Assembly: GCA_040954595.2 (NCBI GenBank)
Contig: CM082584.2
Coordinates: forward strand, 7,769,919-7,833,918
Length of the DNA stretch: 64,000 bases
Source: Balanoglossus misakiensis
Lineage: Eukaryota; Animalia; Hemichordata
Direction: 5' to 3'
This document shows positions 56,497 through 64,000 of this stretch, one piece after another. The notes below the pieces were generated by a model. The model was given only the letters and a program-made list of their open reading frames with translations, did no database searches and had not been told where the DNA came from. Position 1 is the stretch's first letter. Each line of letters starts with the position of its first letter. The position numbers and the translations under genes were made by a program.

Positions 56497-56609
56497 TACT
56501 GTAAAACGCGGAAAATAAGTCCAACGCAGAGAAATACGAGAATGCGCAAATTAATCGTCGTGTAACAGTTGCCACTTTTGATACAGCGAAAATTTCCCGT
56601 TTTACAATA
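56497..56609. mobile_element. TA-flanked MITE (Tc1/mariner/pogo-like)
   Basis: tactgtaaaacg...cgttttacaata terminal inverted repeats. Related left ends ctgtaaaac(a/g)ggttattttc occur at ~46708 and ~59761. Confidence 0.6.
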
Positions 56610-56820
56610 GATCGGGGACCAGACTATGAACACCCAATCATATATGCCACAATGTATTGTGGGTAATCATAATAGGGTGGTATTATACAAGCTACTATTT
56701 TTCTTGCTTCTTTTTAATACAAAAAATAAACACAATGCATTTGATATGGGACGGGTATCATATAAATGTACTCTCTTCACGTTGACTGCCGGCAAGTATG
56801 TGGTACTAAATTCCCAGTCG

Positions 56821-56914
56821 TTAACCTTTTCACCACCATGATTTGGCCCAAATCCACTGTTGCTTTTGGTAAACTTGGACCTCTACAGAAGGAACTGGGG
56901 GGTTGAAGGGTTAA
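56821..56914. mobile_element. piggyBac-like MITE, copy 3 (just downstream of the guanylyl cyclase stop)
   Basis: TTAA-ccttttcacc...ggttgaaggg-TTAA, homologous to the copies at 11470 and 17488. Confidence 0.8.
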
Positions 56915-56951
56915 GTGTCACTGCACCACCCCCTACGTCTTGGTATGTGGA

Positions 56952-59900
56952 TCAATCAAACAGGTTGGCCCTGAACATTCTCCCTGTCTCCTCTTCACCG
57001 TTATTAACCAGCAAGGGCTCGGTGCTTCCAAAGGTCTCAGCAGTGTCCTTATGAACTTGAGAGCTTGCGGCGCCCTCAGTGTCCACGCGAGTCACCCCAC
57101 CACTTCCTTCCTCCGGTCCCGTCGCGTCCACTCCACTGAGTTTGTTTTGCGTCGCGTCTTTCTCCTCACTTTTCTTCTTCTTGTGCTTCTTCTTCTTCTT
57201 GTGTTTTTTGTGTTCTCTCCCGCTGGCGCCTTCCGTCTGCGCGGGCTCCGCCAGATCCTCCATCGGAATCACCACTTCCTGCGTTGCCGCCGACGACGAC
57301 TCCACCGGCGTCAACGCGGAGCCCCCCAAGGAGGTCGCTGCGGTCGTCGTCATGACGGCCGAGGCTGACTTATTATTGTCCGTCGGCGAATTGTAACCGT
57401 TGACGATCATCACCCGGGCGTCGCTATCCAGCGGAATGTTCAGGCCTCCGTTTCCCAACGGCGGCAGGTTGTTCGGTTTCTGACAGCCGGCGCCAGCGGG
57501 CCCGTCAGAATTCTCTTTGTCCTGTAGACCCACGTGGAAGAGATTCTTTTCCCATTCTTCGTTAGTCTGCTTCTCTTCAATGGAACCTGCGCAATGAGCA
57601 GACAACAAATTTTGCACCACGCACAACGAAATGATCAAAGTACTGTACTACTACTTTACAATACATGCACAAAGACAAAACTCTGAACATTACTGCATCA
57701 CACATCAAGATGCTTTCAGTACTTGAGAATGAGAATCATCAAAATATAAATAAAGTCTTATAAATGGAGAAAACAAGACATTTATTTCTTGGAAGAAAAT
57801 AAAGCATAACATGCATGGAGAACACATCACTATCTATTTAAGATGCTGTACGTATAGTAGAATCTTCAAGCAGCGAGAAGAAATGGCATGTATACTTTCG
57901 TTCTCCACATTAGCAAGATCACATACACCACATAAGCAACACTGCAGGGCTTTTTATATACTAATACTGCAATCATGGACTGGATTTCTACTCACACTAT
58001 GCCATGTCAGTTGCAGCTCCAGCAAGGACAAAAAAATACAGCACAGCGTATAATGTGAATATAGCATTCTAGTATTAGCATGCTAGCAAACATTTTACCA
58101 ATCAGCTACAACATGTACTATAAAACACGACTTATGGAAGGGGGTGACAAAACAAAAGCTGGTTGTCACCTTAGAATATGTAACACAAACGTCACTACCC
58201 AAACCAACAGGCTATGTTCATTGTAAACAGCGATATTTTTCGGAAAAAAAATGATTATAAAATTACACATTTCGCATGCATTCTCCCACCTGTCATGGTC
58301 CGACAAAGTGACTTGATTAAGATGCACAGAAATTCACGCAAAGGAAAGCTGGGGGAGACATTATGACACAGAAAGTGAGGGTAGGAGATGGAGAGAGACA
58401 ATGACAGTGAGAGTCAGTCAGACAGACAGACAGACAGACAGACTACAGACAGAAAGCGATCTATCCTATGAACCACACTTCCATTCAGCACCAACCTGGT
58501 AATGATATTTTCCTACAGCTGAGGTCGTCACTTCTCTCCTCCAGTGAGAGTTTCTTTTCTTTGTTGTCCTTGTCGTTGGCGACGATTTGATTGACATCTG
58601 GCACGGCGCTGCCGTTGTCCAGCTGTGAACGTGAACTGGCGCTCTGATTGGCATCTTCGATGATGTCGACATCGCCGGTAAACTGCGGCTTGATGTTCTT
58701 GTCTTTGTCAAGAACCCACCAGGTTTTCATGACCCCTTTCCCCTATAAAAGCAGTCAAAGAGAACAATCACCGTGTATAAGCGCCATCTCATCAAGTGTC
58801 ATGAAGGAAATACAGATAATGCTGTAGACATACACACTCAAGAGGGTCTCCAAGTATTACTATAAAATGAGCACTCACCTTAACTGCCATTTCGCCTCTG
58901 CATGCCACTGTAAAACAACCCATTTTCTTCAGGTAGGTTGCACACGCATCACTGGCCTGGATTTTCAATGCTGAAAAGACAAATCCATGTGAATAAGTCA
59001 AGAGATACTGAACAACACTCACGTATCATCCATCACCATTACATGTGATTGAGAACCTTGATCTTGTTCGATATTTTGAGGATTTTCTTTTCATCTTAAA
59101 AGTTAAACTTTGCTTCCAACAGCGAAGGAATACTCTAATATACACTGCTGACTGACAAGAAGAAATTCTACAGGAAAATTATACCGGTACTTACATTTTT
59201 CACTTCAGATATTCATTGTATGTTTTTTTTGCATTTGTAAGTCAATTAAGACATTCAAGGCTATATGGTTCAGGTTATGCTGAAATAAGAAGGAGCCAGC
59301 CATCACTATGGTAACAGAACTGAGAGATGATTTCTTACCTTCCCCAGTAGATTCCATTCTGGAGGCTGTGTTGACGGTGTCGCCGAACAGACAATAGCGG
59401 GGCATCTTGAGACCGACCACACCAGCTACAACTGAACCTGTGTGTTGGATTACAAGTCATGAGTACGTCACTTTGAACTTCTCGGCTGTTTTTCTTTCAC
59501 GAACACACCGACAGACAGAAGTGAAAAGAGAGAGAAAATAAAATACTTGGGACATACCTGAGTGAATACCTGCCCTAATTTTGAGGTTAGTGTCAGGTTT
59601 GTGTGGAATGACGAAAGTTTCGCAGACGTTGACCAAGTCCAAGGCCATGCTGGCCACTTCGTGGGCGTGCATGTGTCCATTTCGGTGTGGCACACCAGAG
59701 ACGCACATATCTGCAGGGGAAACCAAGCATACAAGTATGTATTAGTGCTATTGAGAAATACTGTAAAACGGGTTATTTTCGCAAGCAATAATTTTTTCGC
59801 AAAATACGCAAGAGCCCAAAACAGTTACACAGGACAAACAGATTGCAACTTGTGAGAAGAGAACAACAGTCATTGCTCAGTACTTCATGATCATGGAGAG

Positions 59901-62900
59901 AGCCCTTAAGGATAAATCTTCAGCATACTCAAACTTGAGTGTAATATACTTACATGCATCCCCAATAGTTTCTACTTTATACACATCGTAGCTATCGATG
60001 ATGGAATCAAAGGTCACATAGAGTTTATTGAGTAAGGCCACCACTTCGTGAGGTGTACTAGATCCAGAAATTGACGTAAACCCAACTATGTCACTGAAAA
60101 TGAATGAAAAAATACAATCATGGAGATTAGTAAGGGAAAAAAATTGTTATACATGATTCTGTAAAGAATTTTCTCTGTGCCTGTATATATATTGCTACAT
60201 CTGGTGGCAAAGCAAGCATTGTAACTAAATGCTTACCTGAAAAATATTGTACATTCATTAAATGTTTCTGCTGTGGCACTCTTGCCTTGCCTGAGTTCAT
60301 CGGCCACCGGCTTCGGTAGCATACCTGGATAAAAGAAAAAAAACATATGTGAGTAAATGATGTCTTATACACATCTATCACCTGCCATCACGTCTCATGT
60401 GTTATTATTGCAATCAGTATAAGTGCTTGTACATCAGAGTGCAAAAAACTACCACCATCACATATTACATTGAAAAAAAGTAAAACGCTCAACCAAACGT
60501 ACTGTAAAGAAGTCTATCCGTCTTCTGTTTCTCCAGCACCAGATCCTGGGTTCTCTCCGCCACCAGCACTTCCAGGTGCTTGGAGTATTTCTCCATCAGT
60601 TGCATCATCATGTCCACCGGGTTGGACTTGTTCGGGTTGATGCGGTGCAGGGTTTGTTTGATGCTGGAGAAGGGTGGGCGGTTGCTGGGGTCGCTGTCCC
60701 AGCATTTTTTGATCAACTATGGAGGGGGGGGGGGGGAAGAAAATGGATATCAGACAAATTATAGCAGACAGTTATTACAGAAAGCACTGGCGAATAAGTT
60801 ATTTTATGATTGTGTTATTATTATCTACATGTTCTTTCTGAAATTACAGAAAGCACTGGCGAAAAAGTTAGTTTATGATTGTGTTATTATTATCTACAAG
60901 TTCTTTCTGAAATTACAGAAAGCACTGGCGAAAAAGTTAGTTTATGATTGTGTTATTATTATCTACAAGTTCTTTCTGAAATTACAGAAAGCACTGGCGA
61001 AAAAGTTATTTTATGATTGTGTTATTATTATCTACATGTTCTTTCTGAAATTACAGAAAGCACTGGCGAAAAAGTTAGTTTATGATTGTGTTATTATTAT
61101 CTACATGTTCTTTCTGAAATTACAGAAAGCACTGGCGAAAAAGTTAGTTTATGATTGTGTTATTATTATCTACATGTTCTTTCTGAAATTACAGAAAGCA
61201 CTGGCGAAAAAGTTATTTTATGATTGTGTTATTATTATCTACAAGTTCTTTCTGAAACTAGGGAGTTATCCACATGCTCGAAAATTCGGATGGACTGGCG
61301 CCCTCTTGTGATCATTTCTTTCAAAACCAATTACTCCCTGCTGTATTCAAGCTCCTACAAAATACGCTTGCCTTGCAGGATAAAACATCAACTTTACCTC
61401 TAAGTACTCCCTTGGACACGGACACAGTTCCTCATTGGTGCCACTGCCGCTACTGTTATCTGAGAAGTCGGGAAGCTCCGGACGCCAAGTGCCGTCCATC
61501 AGCTCCACGTCGTCGGACGAGCAGGGTTCATTCCTGGCTGCCACTTCCACAAGAATGATGGCAAAACTGGGTTTTTGATGAAAGAGGAGAAAAAAATAAA
61601 TTTCAGGACCTCAAATAGTTTCAGTGTCACATTAAAAAAAAAAACACACTGATAATTTCAAACAGCCACAACAAGTTTTGTTTACAAAGCTTTGAATTTT
61701 ATCCTCGTCATGACAACTGTCACCTCTAAACAATAATCTGCATATACGTGAGCAACAATAGAATGCCAACTATAGACAGCAGGAATGCGCATGCAAGTTG
61801 CAACTACCACAGGTTTTGTAGCTGTTTTCTTTTTACATTAACGTGACAGACAAAATAAAAACATCCTGGAGTACAGATGTCTAACTATTGTGAGAAACAG
61901 CCAACTTGATTCCTGTTCGGACATCAGAAACTAACAGGCATGTACCGTAGGTTACACATTTGGGACTGACCTATAGATATCTGTGGTTGGCTGATGGATG
62001 GCCACTTCGTCCTCCAATGCCTCTGGTGGTAGATACACCCTAGCCATTCTCTTCTGATGGTTCACCCCATACTCATCATCTTCATCTAGATCATCAAGTC
62101 TCATTTTCTTCAGTCCATAATCTGTATAACATAATATGTGTGAGGTCCCTATTATTCGTATGAACTAAATTACATTGTGTACATGCTGTGGTTTTGAAAT
62201 CAAAGCTGCAACAAGAGTAATCTTTACAAAGGTTGGCCTGGTAACAGTGTCTGCTCACAAACCTGTATAAAAGCCAGTAAAGAAATATACATGTACAAGA
62301 ACTAATCCTGAAACAAACCATGAGGGGCAAAACTGGGCTCGATGCAGTTACCATGGAAACCACTACCAGGAACCAAGGTCAGGCTCAAAATTCAGAAGGT
62401 CAATGTCCTCACCTGATACTTTGACAACCCATCTGTCATCAATGATGCAGTTATTCGACTTGAGATGGCCGTGCGGTAATTTGTGCTGGTGCAGATACGC
62501 CATAGCACGGGCGACGTCGGCACAAAATGAAAATCTGTACAGAAAAGAAAAATTTGTGCTTATATGTAGTTTCATTCTCAAGAACTGTCACAACATCTTT
62601 TTCAAAATCTATAATATCCAAGATGATGTAAATTACTAAAAATTGAACGAATGTGAGGAAGACCAAACTGACTTATTTTTCATAAACTTTCAGATCTCGA
62701 CTTGTCTAGACACATATATCAGGTAACATTATACCGGCACAATTTGCAGATCAATTTTCTCGCAGTTGAAATCATTTCAAATAGATTTACGTGTAATCGG
62801 AACCATGCGAGCTCTTAATACTAGTAGTTTTTGTGTGTCTTGCACATGATGCGATTTACAGATGAATATGTCATGGTGATTCATCAGAAAATATATTGCA

Positions 62901-63820
62901 AATCACGACATGGTGTTCAACCCAGACACCACCCACAGCACTCAACATAAAACATCTATAGCTGTCTTTATTGTATTCTTTAGATTGGCACCGAACACGA
63001 GAACAAATTTTGTTCGATTAAACCGGCAACAGCGACCCATTTATGTGACTTGTATACTAATTTTTATTTCGCTCTAAATCAACATTTTACAGCAGCATTG
63101 ATAGCTAAATCAGTTTTCCAGATGTATAACACTTCACTGCACTCCCAACAGAACTTACCGGAATCCCCAGTTGAGAGGTATATCGTCATTCAACAACACA
63201 TCATTCAAACTTCCCTTGGGACAGTACTCTGTACAGATATAGAGGTTTGGCATCTCAATGCAACCGCCAATGAACTTGCAGAGATTTGGGTGACTTAGAT
63301 CCCTGCTAGAAGAGAGACGAAAAGAAACATCATTATGTGTAGAAAGTTTAAGTAAATAAAGTCACGCTCAATATTACTGACTTTGAAATCCTACAGCAAG
63401 TGATTCTGTGACTATATTCGCATAGAATCACAAGTCGAGACACACGACAGTAAAGTGGCCATGCACTTACCTCACTTGTTTGACTTCCTTGCGAACAGCT
63501 TTAGTGAGCGAGAACTGTAGCTTGGTCACTTTCTTGATGGCTATAGTTTGCCCCTTGCTGTAGAAAAACAACAACAACACTTAACTGAGAAATAACCAGG
63601 ATATGACGCAAATGATGAACATTGAACACTTGATGTGCACTAGGTTTTGTTCAAATGATTGAAAGAGAACACAGTACTCACTAGATTCCCGTCTGCGTAA
63701 AGATCTGCTTCTGCTGAGCGGCCATGGCCATACCGGCACCACTGCTGGCCGTGTCTGTCATCTTGTCAGTGCTTTTCTGCACGCTGATGACACTACCCAT
63801 GAAACCACGAATGCCAGTGT
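56952..63820 (-). CDS. Receptor-type (natriuretic-peptide-receptor-like) guanylyl cyclase, 3' part; 5' end lies beyond the window
   Basis: Exons 63820-63682, 63557-63471, 63302-63159, 62534-62413, 62121-61971, 61566-61398, 60716-60503, 60324-60237, 60093-59954, 59710-59558, 59437-59339, 58970-58879, 58742-58496, 57586-56952. Kinase-homology domain ([41 protein letters not shown]), linker [16 protein letters not shown], cyclase [19 protein letters not shown] and [24 protein letters not shown] (the E and C residues specify GTP). Confidence 0.95.
58411..58452. repeat. (CAGA)n/(CAGT)n microsatellite
   Basis: gagtcagtcagacagacagacagacagacagactacagacag. Confidence 0.85.
60775..61257. repeat. Intronic minisatellite, exactly 7 x 69 bp
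   Basis: Unit ttacagaaagcactggcgaaaaagtta(g/t)tttatgattgtgttattattatctaca(a/t)gttctttctgaaa, within guanylyl cyclase intron 60717-61397. Confidence 0.97.
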
Positions 63821-64000
63821 CTGTAAGACAACAAAACCATTATCAATTCCATTCACAAACAATTCTACATTCTCGATACTATGATTATGTGTTGTAATCA
63901 TGTGATCATTATTATGAATCAACAAGAAATGCGATACAAAGATTTACAAAAGCTGAGTTTGGAAATTACTTTTGACCAACTTAAGAATATCCCATGGATA

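Noticed and set aside
56940-57396. Plus-strand ORFs with a hydrophobic, transmembrane-looking stretch
   Set aside because: Antisense of the Lys/His-rich segment of the cyclase last exon.
60580-61311. 243-aa plus-strand ORF with [23 protein letters not shown] repeats; also superficially CRISPR-like
   Set aside because: By-product of a 69-bp minisatellite, antisense to a cyclase exon and intron. No unique spacers, no cas genes, eukaryotic context.

Overview
Intron-rich, AT-rich animal genomic DNA, not prokaryotic. A CCHC-knuckle Vasa together with an ST3Gal-type sialyltransferase points to an invertebrate deuterostome such as a hemichordate, echinoderm or cephalochordate (inference). I assembled exon chains by hand from splice signals and reading-frame continuity. 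In order: a probable 3' end of an unidentified gene (+), an ST3Gal3/5-like sialyltransferase (+, 394 aa), TTLL7 (-, 884 aa), vasa/DDX4 (-, 833 aa, six CCHC knuckles), WDR18 (+, 430 aa), RNF11 (-), an SLC25 mitochondrial carrier (+, 281 aa) and the 3' part of a receptor guanylyl cyclase (-). There are two head-to-head pairs (vasa/WDR18 and RNF11/SLC25). Notable details: a U12-type AT-AC intron in the SLC25 gene, a GC-AG final intron in vasa, one-knuckle-per-exon symmetric modules in vasa, a recursive-type CAG|GTGAGT site in WDR18, two equal-length 31-nt splice routes in the sialyltransferase stem, a cluster of RFX X-box-like motifs plus a distal promoter upstream of TTLL7, several miniature transposon families (including a TTAA piggyBac-like one) and a 7x69-bp minisatellite. 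I found no clear evidence of a wholly new multi-gene system; the findings are candidate mechanisms. Most short ORFs in the supplied track are intronic or antisense artefacts.
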